DNA from: Saprolegnia diclina VS20
Taxonomy: Eukaryota
NCBI RefSeq assembly: GCF_000281045.1
Contig: NW_008246106.1
Span: 473,288 to 531,331, forward strand
DNA: 58,044 nucleotides
Reading direction: 5' to 3'
This document shows positions 34,642-44,229 of this stretch, piece after piece (position 1 is the stretch's first letter; each line of letters starts with the position of its first letter). The position numbers and the translations under genes were made by a program. The notes under the pieces were generated by a model. The model searched no databases, had not been told where the DNA came from, and saw only the letters and a list, made by a program, of their open reading frames with translations.

Positions 34642-37600
34642 ATGCGCGGGCCGAGCGCACGAGCCCACCGTCCGCCGGCGCCCATGACGTGCGAAGTCAT
34701 TGAGATCCTCTCGTCGGATGATGAGGACGAGGACGAGGATGCGCGTCTCGCGCCCATGATGGCAGCGCGCGTGGACTCACGGCGGGCGATCTCGCCGCCG
34801 CAACGGCCGCGGACGGGATCCGCGACTGCAAGAGCACCGACCATGACGCCGCTTGCGACAACGCGGCCGTCGCAGAAGCCTGCAGCGATGGCGGTCGTCG
34901 CGACCAAGCCGCGCTTGGCTGCTGTCCCGACGACAGTGGCTGCGGCGACCAAGAAGCGGGTGCTAGCTGTGCCCGTCGTGAGTCGTCCCATTCGGTTCGC
35001 CATGCCGCGCAGAGAGCCGCCGTCCACGCAAGCTGCCAGTGCACCATCGGTCTTACCTACGACGGCGTCAGCGCACACGCGCCCGCCAAGTCCGACGCGC
35101 CCGTCCAGCCCACTGACGACCTTCAACACGGTGGCGCCGCCGCCGTCTGTGAGCCCGACGCCACCAACCGTCACTGCCGACGCTTTCATGGATGCAACGC
35201 CATTGGCATTGCCTGTGCTTACGACCTCACTTTGCGCAAGGCCAGTACACGAGGAGAGCATAGCACATGTGCTGCCGACGCCTCCGTGCACCGACGTCGC
35301 GATCTTTGCTGCGATTCCGCCGCCACCAGACCTGGACGCTGCAGCGCCAATCCCGTTTTACATGTTCTTACCCGAGCCACTGCCGCTGGACGATGTGCCC
35401 ACCCACTCAGAGCCGACTGCCGCAACGCTGGACGATCCCATGCTCGACGTTGCGCCGACGCTCCAGCTGAACGACGACGGCTACGACCCGGACACCTTTG
35501 CCATGCCGCAGCTCTACCAGGACGACGTCGAGCTGGCGCATGTCGCGGCCGTCGACGCGGAAGCGACGCCCGATGTCGACGAGGAGCCGCCGCTGCCCGA
35601 GCTCGGTGACGACATTGCGTCAGTGATTTCAATCCTGGCTCGGCAAGAGGCGCTCGAAGCTGCGATCGGGCACGTTTCGATTGAGGCGACACTCGAGGTC
35701 GCCAACCCCTCGCACATTCAAGACCTGGACTTCAACATGAACGACCTCCTGTCGCCCGAGGTCGAGGCGCCGCGCCGCGTTGTCGTACAGCGTTCAGCAC
35801 CGACGCCCCAGACCTACACCCGCGTGTTTGACCGCAACAGAAGCAACCGACCCGTGCCTCGGGAAGAGCCGTCGTCCGAGGATGAGTACCGGTCGCCCGC
35901 ACGTCGACACGGTCGTCGTCGACCGCAGAACGTCCGCAGTCGGTCGCCGTCGCCCGTTGCCCGAGATGCAAGTCGTCGGATGATGGCCGCACGAAGCGAC
36001 CGCAGTCGGTCGCCGGTCGTTGGCCGCCGAAGCCAGCGCCGACGATCATCGTCGTCACCCGAGCGTAGCGTCCCGTCCTCGCCCGTGCGACGACGGAAGC
36101 GGCCACGGGAAGTCCATGCCGCCGAGACGCGCGCGTCACCGCCACGAGCGTCCGGAACGACGGCGACACCCGACATTATCGATCTCATTTCATCGTCCGA
36201 AGAAGAGTTTGATGCGCAAGTGCAGGCACCCATCTACAGCCAGCCCCGATCGTTGTCGCTCCGTGGCTTTGTCGTCGATGAAGCCAGTGACGCGTCGTCG
36301 TCATCATCGTCTGCAAGCAGTAGTCGCCACCGCCAACGCCGTAAGCGCCTTCGAAAACCAGGCGGCCGGCCACCACAGCGTCCGACCACGTCACCGCCGC
36401 GTCATGCTCTGTCACCGCCGCGTCATGCTCTGTCACCGCCGCGTCATGCCCGGTCACCGCAGCGTCAGGCCCGGCGTGACACAGTGTCAGTCGAACGACC
36501 ACGGCCAAGACCTCTGTCACCGCCGCCGCCGGTTGCATCTCCGCCGCCGACACCGCGCCCCAAGAGCAGGCGTCACGTCGACCGGCAGCAACGTTTCGTC
36601 GAGCAAGAGCGGCGACTTGCGCTGCAAGAAAAGGACAAGCGCAGAACGCAGCGCAAGCGCGTCGACACCCCGGTGCCCGTCGCGCGCTTCAATATTTCCC
36701 GCCCCGAGCAGCCGCCGCCGTCGACCCTCTCTCGCATTCGGGCTGCGACGGCCGCCGAGCGACAGCAGATCTTTGTGGGCCTCGTCGTGCTCGCGACCAA
36801 CGAGCAGCAGCACGTCTCGGACCACACGACGCTGCCCAGTACGTTTACCGTCCCGGCCCACGCGCCGTGGCCGCAACCGTTCTGGGGCACGCTGGTTGAC
36901 GTTGGCGCGTTTCGCCACGCCCACCGCGACGGGCTCCTCCTTGCGTCGACCGTCGCGTCCTTGGACGCACTTCGCTTTGTGTGGGACACGGCCGCGCACG
37001 AGTGGCAGCTCCACCTCATGGCGCTGCAGCGCTACAAGGACTTATATGGGGACGTGTCGATCCCGCACGGGTTCGAGGTGCCGGCAAACGACCCCATGTG
37101 GCCCAAGGACTTGTTCAACGTAGCGCTTGGTCGTGTGGCGCACCGGCTCCGCGTGAACGCTGCGTCCTTGTCGGTCGTGCGGCGAAGCCAGTTGAGCGCA
37201 CTCGGGTTTATCTGGGACGTCGAAGAGCTCCAGTGGCGCATCTGGCACAAGGCCCTTCGCACGTTTCACCGCTTGTACGACCACGTCGAAGTCCCGCTGG
37301 AGTTTAACGTGCCGGACAAGGACCCGGCGTGGACACCGGACTGCTGGACCGAGAAGCTCGGCGCCGTTGTCGCTGCCTTGCGCCAAGAGTCCCACGTGCT
37401 CACCGCCGAGCGCAAGGCGCAGCTCGACGTCCTCGGTTTTGTGTGGGGTCCTGGGGCACGTCCCAAGCCACCGCATCGCGCGACCACGAGCTCCAAGAAG
37501 AAACGCGTGTCCCGCCGCGAGTCGATGGCAATGCGGCCCCGAGTCTCGCTCGTGCCGCAGCCCGCTGCCCCGCCCGTCCTGTTCAACGCCACTCAGGTAG

Positions 37601-37739
37601 GCAATCACCGCTCTCGGCCGGTTTGTCTTACTTTTTGTACACGACGCAGAGAGATGTTGAGAGGCGACGTGTGGTCGAGTGGCCGCGCTGCCTTCCCATG
37701 GAGGTTCTCCACCCCTTGGACGACGCTGTCGATATTTAG
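34642..37739 (+). CDS. Pro/Ser/Arg-rich protein with C-terminal helicase-associated (HA)-type repeats
   Basis: Long low-complexity ORF. Repeats WQLHLMALQRYKDLYGDVSIP..WP..LG..LSALGFIW and WHKALRTFHRLYDHVEVP..LG..LDVLGFVW. The end depends on a probable intron at about 37597-37649; unspliced stop is at 37761. Confidence 0.78.
36391..36460 (+). repeat. 21-bp coding tandem repeat (SPPRHAL, about 3 copies)
   Basis: tcaccgccgcgtcatgctctg repeated, third copy slightly degenerate. Confidence 0.9.
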
Positions 37740-38425
37740 GTTAGTTGGTGATGCAAGATAGCAACTTACACTGCTCTTCCATCATCCCAAACAGCTAATT
37801 TTGACAAAATAATACAACCTCGCGCTCGTATTGGCCACTTTTATTCGACTTTCAGCCAATCCGGTCGCATCACATGCTGGCATCGCCGAAATCAAGCGGC
37901 TCGATCGCCCAAATCGAGTCCGATAACAAAATCGCCCACGCTTTGCCTGTCGGTAGCCATTGGTCTACAGAGCTCGAAATGCTACGTCAAGCCGCCATTA
38001 GCGGTGTACAGCCAGAATTATACGACATTATGTGTTTATCTGTGGCACATGCCATATCCAACCACAAACTGCCATTTTTAACCGTGCAGCCAAAAAACTG
38101 GACGATGCGAGATCAGAACGGTCGCCAGCTACGAGCACCACGGCTGTGTATGCAGTGCACGGCTGTGGTGACAAAGAGTCGCAATTAACTTGCGTAATAT
38201 TACGTATCCGAGCGTGGTTGTGCCTTGCTGCAAGGCAATTGGCCACACGTGGCACTCTGTCGCGTCGAGTCGACGAGGAAAATCGTGTTCGAATTTGGAA
38301 CGCGGGCATTCGTGGTCCCGACGTCAAGTGACTTTTGCCGCGAATCTCGCGTATGATTTGGTCAAGTGCGAGCTATCCTTCGTCATACAAACCTTCGACG
38401 CGACGACAGTCTCTGTCCTTCTCCT

Positions 38426-38436
38426 TCATTCTGCAA
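38426..38436 (+). promoter_or_regulatory. Oomycete Inr/FPR-like core promoter element
   Basis: TCATTCTGCAA about 30-40 bp upstream of the CBM1 gene ATG; resembles the oomycete TCATTYYNCAW consensus and is conserved in the inverted copy. Confidence 0.55.
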
Positions 38437-38464
38437 CACACCTCGTTCTCGCAACCTCAACAGC

Positions 38465-38938
38465 ATGCGTTCGATTGCGTTCGTTGCCGCACTTGTCATG
38501 CCCATCGCCGCCGTCTCCTTGGCTGCGGCGCCCACGTGCTCGGAGAAGTGGAGTCAGTGCAACGGACAAAACTGGCCGTTCGGCGTCTGCTGCAAGGACC
38601 CCACCTTTGTCTGCAACAAGAAGAACGACTATCTCTCGCTCTGTGAGCCCAAGAAGAAGGCGGAAATGGCTGCCGAAGCTGCGGAAATCAACGTCTGGGG
38701 CCAGTGTGGCGGCAACGGCTTCAGCGGCAACTACCGTTGCGCAGATGGCAGCTCGTGCATCAAGGTCAACGACGCGTACTCGCAGTGCCAGCCGACGCCG
38801 CCGGGCGCCAACGAGATTGCGACGTGGGGCCAGTGCGGCGGCAGCAACAACAACTTCAAGGCCAACGGCAAGACGTGCCGCAGCGTCGACACGTGCAAGG
38901 TGCACAACTCGTACTACTCACAGTGCGTCCCCAAGTAG
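38465..38938 (+). CDS. Small secreted protein with three CBM1 (fungal-type cellulose-binding) modules, copy A
   Basis: Signal peptide [49 protein letters not shown]; 157 aa; no catalytic domain. Confidence 0.92.
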   Translation: MRSIAFVAALVMPIAAVSLAAAPTCSEKWSQCNGQNWPFGVCCKDPTFVCNKKNDYLSLCEPKKKAEMAAEAAEINVWGQCGGNGFSGNYRCADGSSCIKVNDAYSQCQPTPPGANEIATWGQCGGSNNNFKANGKTCRSVDTCKVHNSYYSQCVPK

Positions 38939-39135
38939 TGTAGTAGAATGACCCCACCAAGGAGCCTGGCCATTTTGCATATCACCTACAATAAACTTCA
39001 ACTTGACTTTTCTATCTCTCGTCATCTCGCCTGCAAACGGTTTGGAAGACTGATTGGGTGGCGGTGCGTGTCGACAGGGCGTTCACATGGTATCGAAGGG
39101 CCTGTTGTATTTTAGGTTTCTAGTGGGGGGCTATA

Positions 39136-39231
39136 AAATGGACTCGACGGAAATGGCTTTCTGTTGGTTACGTAGACAATTTATAAATTGTCTACGTAAC
39201 CAACAGAAAGCCATTTCCGTCGTGTCCATTT
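39136..39231. repeat. 96-bp palindrome without spacer (48-bp arms, one mismatch)
   Basis: aaatggactcgacgg...gacaattta|taaattgtc...ccgtcgtgtccattt; centre 39183/39184; only mismatch 39144/39223. Confidence 0.97.
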
Positions 39232-39301
39232 CCAAAACAAGCCCACAACCGACAGCGCCTTTTCAACACCCAAAACTGAAAGCGCTTTTTCAACACCTAG
39301 A

Positions 39302-41368
39302 ATGCACGGTGCGGTGCTGTCGATCTACACTGCGATGAGCCGGCTCGCGGCGTTCGCTGCCATCTTTTACATCTTGTTCATTGACGTCACGGGGTCGTTT
39401 GCGACCAAAGACAGCATCAAGGGAGTGTCGGAGGAGATGTTCAACCCGAGCAACCGCTACTCGCAGTCGTACATGCTCACGTTTGTCCAGGCGCTCGTCA
39501 CAAACGCTCCGCTACCAATGAACGCGACGACGACGCTACCGCCACAAGGATCTGCGAGTCTTCTCTACTTGGACGCAGCCGATCCAAGCGACCACTCGAC
39601 CCTCGGCTTCAACCGCGATGGATGTCTCGAGCCACTGAGCAGCGACCACATTTACACGCCAACGTACGTCGCCAAGGTACTCCCGCTCCTTCTCGATCAT
39701 CAGAGCTGGCATTCGATCAACCTCACGACCGACTGGGTGCTCGTCGACTGCAGCTACCAGGGGCGCACGCTCGGTGACACGACCGCCTTCAAAATTCATG
39801 TTCTGGACCGTCAATTCTCGCGGCTCACGTCCATCGTTATTCAGACCATGGTGATCGTGCGCCCTGTGAAGCAGTGGCGCGTGGCGTGCGGCACCGCGAC
39901 CATCTCAACGATGGATTTGTCGGCCGTGAGTTGGCAAGACGGCGCGCTCACCTCGTCGCAGGAGGCCACGTACGACGTCATGGTCGGCACGGAGTTTCCA
40001 TACGCCAACTACCCATTCGACTATGTGCGGCTGCTCAACCCTGCGAGCCGGTCGGGGGAGTGGAACGCCGTGATCATTGCCACTGGTGAGCCCGTGGTCA
40101 TCTCGGGCAGCACGGGCACATACCGGTACTCGCCGCGCACCCAAGGCCGGTACAACTACTTTGTGTGGCAGCTCCCAGCCAACCCGATATCCTATCTCAG
40201 CACTATTCAGTGGGTTAGTGTTGTCTACACAGTCGACTCGTGGGCCTGGGTCCGCTACATCCTCGATATGGGCATCAGCCTCATCCTCGGTGCCAACACG
40301 ATCGTCGGCGTCATCGCGTCGCTCAATATCTACCGCACCCAGCACATTTTGTGGATTCCCGACGTCTACCCTGGCATCCAGGCCGAAATTATGATTCGGA
40401 GCTTACTGCTCCTAGCGATCTGCGTCACGACCGACTGGTGGCACCTCTTTGAGTACTGCATGGTCAAGTGCACGGCGCGTCAGTCATGGGGCTACAGCGA
40501 GCTTGTCTTGGAGGCTGTCGTGCGCTCAGACCTCCAAGTCCTTTATCTCGCTCTCTTCCAGCTGCTCGCGAGTCTTCTGGGCCTCCGCCTTCACGTTGCT
40601 CTCCTTTTGACCATCTACTTTGGCTGCTACACGTTCTGCGATGCAATCATCGCCGCGTGGCCTCTGCAAGCCGAGGCGGCGTCCGCCTGGCTCTACCACA
40701 ACTACCTCCTCAACACCCTTGTGGCCAACGGCGGCATGGACATGTGGGCGTACCATGAGAACTACAAGACCTCCTGGGATGTCATGGCCGCTCAACTCGT
40801 CTGGTATCTTCTGGCACTCGCGATTGCCGCTGCGTACGTCCTACTCTTGTCCGTCCATGCATGGTGCACGCGCCGCCACCGCGCTAAAATTCACTCGGGC
40901 GGCTCGACCGACGGTCGGTCGACGTCGGGCCGGTCGGGCCGCCATCTCTCGTACATGCTCGTCAAGAGCAGCATCAAAGCTGCCTTTGACGCAAACCGCA
41001 TCTTCAAGAGCAACGCCAAAGCGACAGAAGCGACGATCTTCGAGCGTCACGTGCGGCGAAACCAAATGACAACCTCCGGGCTCGTCGCACCGCTGACCGA
41101 TCACGTCATCATCGACGGCGTCGTCCACGCGTCGCACTCGCTCGTGTGGCTGCTGGGCTTTGTGCTCCTCGCCGACGACGTCCTCTTGACCATTGAGGAC
41201 GTACCGAAGCTCTGGATCAACGCGCTGCTGGCCCGCGATGTCTTTGCAGTCTATGGCTACAAGCTCAATGAGACGAAAGCCTCGATCGCGCCGCTGGCCG
41301 AGCGCATCTCAGCGCGCAGCTACGGCCTTGGAGACTTGATCGCGCTCTCGCTCAAGCCGCTGCGGTGA
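39302..41368 (+). CDS. Uncharacterised multi-pass membrane protein (688 aa), copy B
   Basis: Intronless ORF, inverted paralogue of 15665-17737. Confidence 0.85.
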   Translation: MHGAVLSIYTAMSRLAAFAAIFYILFIDVTGSFATKDSIKGVSEEMFNPSNRYSQSYMLTFVQALVTNAPLPMNATTTLPPQGSASLLYLDAADPSDHSTLGFNRDGCLEPLSSDHIYTPTYVAKVLPLLLDHQSWHSINLTTDWVLVDCSYQGRTLGDTTAFKIHVLDRQFSRLTSIVIQTMVIVRPVKQWRVACGTATISTMDLSAVSWQDGALTSSQEATYDVMVGTEFPYANYPFDYVRLLNPASRSGEWNAVIIATGEPVVISGSTGTYRYSPRTQGRYNYFVWQLPANPISYLSTIQWVSVVYTVDSWAWVRYILDMGISLILGANTIVGVIASLNIYRTQHILWIPDVYPGIQAEIMIRSLLLLAICVTTDWWHLFEYCMVKCTARQSWGYSELVLEAVVRSDLQVLYLALFQLLASLLGLRLHVALLLTIYFGCYTFCDAIIAAWPLQAEAASAWLYHNYLLNTLVANGGMDMWAYHENYKTSWDVMAAQLVWYLLALAIAAAYVLLLSVHAWCTRRHRAKIHSGGSTDGRSTSGRSGRHLSYMLVKSSIKAAFDANRIFKSNAKATEATIFERHVRRNQMTTSGLVAPLTDHVIIDGVVHASHSLVWLLGFVLLADDVLLTIEDVPKLWINALLARDVFAVYGYKLNETKASIAPLAERISARSYGLGDLIALSLKPLR

Positions 41369-41432
41369 CGATACACCAAGGCTACATGGTAGAAAACACA
41401 AAGTAATGATAGACACAATACAGCGTGTTGTG

Positions 41433-42671
41433 CTAGTCGCTATCGCTGTCGTTGCCAAACGCACGGGCAAAACCGGACCCAGCGCCGCGGGCCGGCGCCG
41501 CCTTGAACGTGGTCGGCTTCTTCTTTGGGACAGTGGCCCAGCCGCTGGTCGCAGGCTTCTTGGCGCCGCCCTTGGCCTTCTTGTACTTGGCGTGGGCCTC
41601 CTTGGCAACGCGGTCGCACTTGTCGTGAAAGTCGTCGTCAAAGTACTCGATGCTGGCCGTCTCGGCGTCGTACAGCGCCTCCTCGATGCCCTTCTTGCCC
41701 TGGAGCGTCTTGAGGTCTGCGAGCGTCAAGCTCATCGAGTGCTCCTTCTCCTGGAGGATCTGCAGCGGAATGAGCGCCAGATGCAGCTCGAGGACCTGCG
41801 CCGCATGCCGCAGCGGGTGCGTGATGGGCGAGATCGACTGGACGTGCGCCAGCCGCTTCTCGAGCGCCTGCAGCTTGGTCGTCGCCTTCTCCTTTTGCTT
41901 GGCAATGCTCAAGTTCTCGAGCTCGGCGGTGAGCGCATCGACGTTGGCCGTCACAGTCGCGACGAGCTCCTTCTTCTCGGACGCCGTGAGCTGCTTCTCA
42001 TCGACCATGCGCTTGATCTCGGCCTGGAGATGCGCAATCTTGGCGTCGTTGGCTTCCTGGCCAGCGTTGCCGTCGTACGCGGCCTGCTCGGCGGCGTCGA
42101 GGATCTCGCCACGCACCATCTTGGCCTCGAGGAGCGCAAACTCGGCCATCGCGTCTTGGATGAACTTGACCGCGCGCTTCTTCTGGCGCCACGACGGCAA
42201 CTCGAGGGGCACGAGCGTCTTGATAAAGTCGTCGACCTCGCACGAGAGCATAAGCAGCTCAGGCGTCTCGTCAACGGACGGAATCGCGATCGGCGCGGCC
42301 GCCGCCGTCTTACCGCCTGTCGCCGTCGCCACGACCTTGGGGAAGACGAGGATCGTCTTGAGGTTTTGGCCCGTATCGTGCTGCTGCTTGAACATTCCCT
42401 GGCAGTCCATCGTGCACGCAGCCGACCGGTCCTCGACAAATCCCACGTCGCGCAGCGCGTTGGCCATCCACTTGGGCAGCTCTTCCGGGTACCGCGAGCG
42501 CACGAGCTTGCCGCCGCCGACGACGAACGTGAAGCGCAGCATCTCGCTGATCTCGAAGGCCGCGCCGAAGGCGGCGACGACGAGGTCCCGCGTCCGCGCC
42601 TCCGTGTAGCCGCCGAGGTCGAACTGCTCGCTCTCGGTCGCAGCGCGGATCTCGCCTGCCAAGCCGCTCAT
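41433..42671 (-). CDS. Uncharacterised protein with coiled-coil C-terminal half (412 aa)
   Basis: Intronless ORF with strong GC3 codon bias; globular N-terminus (RFTFVVGGGKLVR) and helical Lys/Glu/Ala-rich remainder. Confidence 0.8.
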   Translation of the reverse strand: MSGLAGEIRAATESEQFDLGGYTEARTRDLVVAAFGAAFEISEMLRFTFVVGGGKLVRSRYPEELPKWMANALRDVGFVEDRSAACTMDCQGMFKQQHDTGQNLKTILVFPKVVATATGGKTAAAAPIAIPSVDETPELLMLSCEVDDFIKTLVPLELPSWRQKKRAVKFIQDAMAEFALLEAKMVRGEILDAAEQAAYDGNAGQEANDAKIAHLQAEIKRMVDEKQLTASEKKELVATVTANVDALTAELENLSIAKQKEKATTKLQALEKRLAHVQSISPITHPLRHAAQVLELHLALIPLQILQEKEHSMSLTLADLKTLQGKKGIEEALYDAETASIEYFDDDFHDKCDRVAKEAHAKYKKAKGGAKKPATSGWATVPKKKPTTFKAAPARGAGSGFARAFGNDSDSD

Positions 42672-42877
42672 GTTGCGGTGGAGGTAAATTCGGCACTGAA
42701 GCCCACCGACGTGCCGAATCTAAATTAAAAGCGGCATGGTATCCGAGGCTGTGAATGTTGGTTGTTGCCAGCTCACACAGAGCCACACCAAGAGGTCATC
42801 ACCACACACTGGCCGTGATCACGACTCCTTCTACTAACTAGCAGACAACTGTGCTAGACAATACGTGAATGGCTTAA

Positions 42878-44060
42878 AGGTGATATGCAAAATGGACAGA
42901 CTCCTTGATGGAATCACTCTACTACACTACTTGGGGACGCACTGTGAGTAGTACGAGTTGTGCACCTTGCACGTGTCGACGCTGCGGCACGTCTTGCCGT
43001 TGGCCTTGAAGTTGTTGTTGCTGCCGCCGCACTGGCCCCACGTCGCAATCTCGTTGGCGCCCGGCGGCGTCGGCTGGCACTGCGAGTACGCGTCGTTGAC
43101 CTTGATGCACGAGCTGCCGTCTGCGCAACGGTAGTTGCCGCTGAAGCCGTTGCCGCCACACTGGCCCCAGACGTTGATTTCCGCAGCTTCGGCAGCCATT
43201 TCCGCCTTCTTCTTGGGCTCACAGAGCGAGAGATAGTCGTTCTTCTTGTTGCAGACAAAGGTGGGGTCCTTGCAGCAGACGCCGAACGGCCAGTTTTGTC
43301 CGTTGCACTGACTCCACTTCTCCGAGCACGTGGGCGCCGCAGCCAAGGAGACGGCGGCGATGGGCATGACAAGTGCGGCAACGAACGCAATCGAACGCAT
43401 GCTGTTGAGGTTGCGAGAACGAGGTGCGTTGCAGAATGAAGGAGAAGGACAGAGACTGTCGTCGCGTCGAAGGTTTGTATGACGAAGGATAGCTCGCACT
43501 TGACCAAATCATACGCAAGATTCGCGGCAAAAGTCACTTGACGTCGGGACCACGAATGCCCGAGTTCCAAAATCGAACACGATTTTCCTCGTCGACTTGA
43601 CGCGACAGAGTGCCACGTGGGACCAATCGCCTTGCAGCAAGGCACAACCACGCTCGGATACGTAATATTACGCAAGTTAATTGCGACTCTTTGTCACCAC
43701 AGCCGTGCACTGCATACACAGCCGTGGAGCTCGTAGCGGGCGACCGTTCTGACCTCGCATCGTCCAGTTTTTTGGCTGCACGGTTAAAAATGGCAGTTGG
43801 TGGTTGAATATGGCATGTGCCACAAATAAACACATAATGTCGTATAATTCTGGCTGTACACCGCCAATGGCGGCGTGACATAGCATCTCGAGCTCTATAG
43901 AACAATGGCTACCGACAGGCAAAGCGTGGGCGATTTTGTTATCGGACTCGATTTGGGCGATCGAGCCCCTTGATTTCGGCGATGCCAGCATGTGATGCGA
44001 CCGGATTGGCTGAAAGTCGAATAAAAGTGGCCAATACGAGCGCGAGGTTGTATTATTTTG
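42878..44060 (-). repeat. Right arm of the 1.18 kb inverted repeat
   Basis: Reverse complement of 37805-38987. Confidence 0.95.
42927..43400 (-). CDS. Small secreted triple-CBM1 protein, copy B
   Basis: Protein identical to 38465-38938 from MRSIAF onward. Confidence 0.92.
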   Translation of the reverse strand: MRSIAFVAALVMPIAAVSLAAAPTCSEKWSQCNGQNWPFGVCCKDPTFVCNKKNDYLSLCEPKKKAEMAAEAAEINVWGQCGGNGFSGNYRCADGSSCIKVNDAYSQCQPTPPGANEIATWGQCGGSNNNFKANGKTCRSVDTCKVHNSYYSQCVPK

Positions 44061-44229
44061 CGAAAATCATATTATGATGAAAAGTTTGTATGGCTCATCC
44101 GATTTAGGCAGCTGGAGCTTCGCAGCCGACACCGCAACCCTAGTCGATGTTGATAGCAATGCGCAACCTGCTTCATATTGTCATGCTAGGTAAAAGCTGG
44201 AGCCAAGGACAGAGAACAAGCGGTTAAGG

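Larger units (their letters stand above)
37805..38987 (+). repeat. Left arm of a 1.18 kb inverted repeat (promoter + CBM1 gene + 3' flank)
   Basis: Reverse complement of 42878-44060 from caaaataatacaacctcgcg to gcatatcacct; high identity. Confidence 0.95.

Noticed and set aside
36391..36460. CRISPR-like short repeats
   Set aside because: Head-to-tail coding repeat with no spacers, in a eukaryotic gene.
37805..44060. Composite transposon bounded by long inverted repeats
   Set aside because: No transposase or evident target-site duplication; the arms are ordinary CBM1 genes with flanks.
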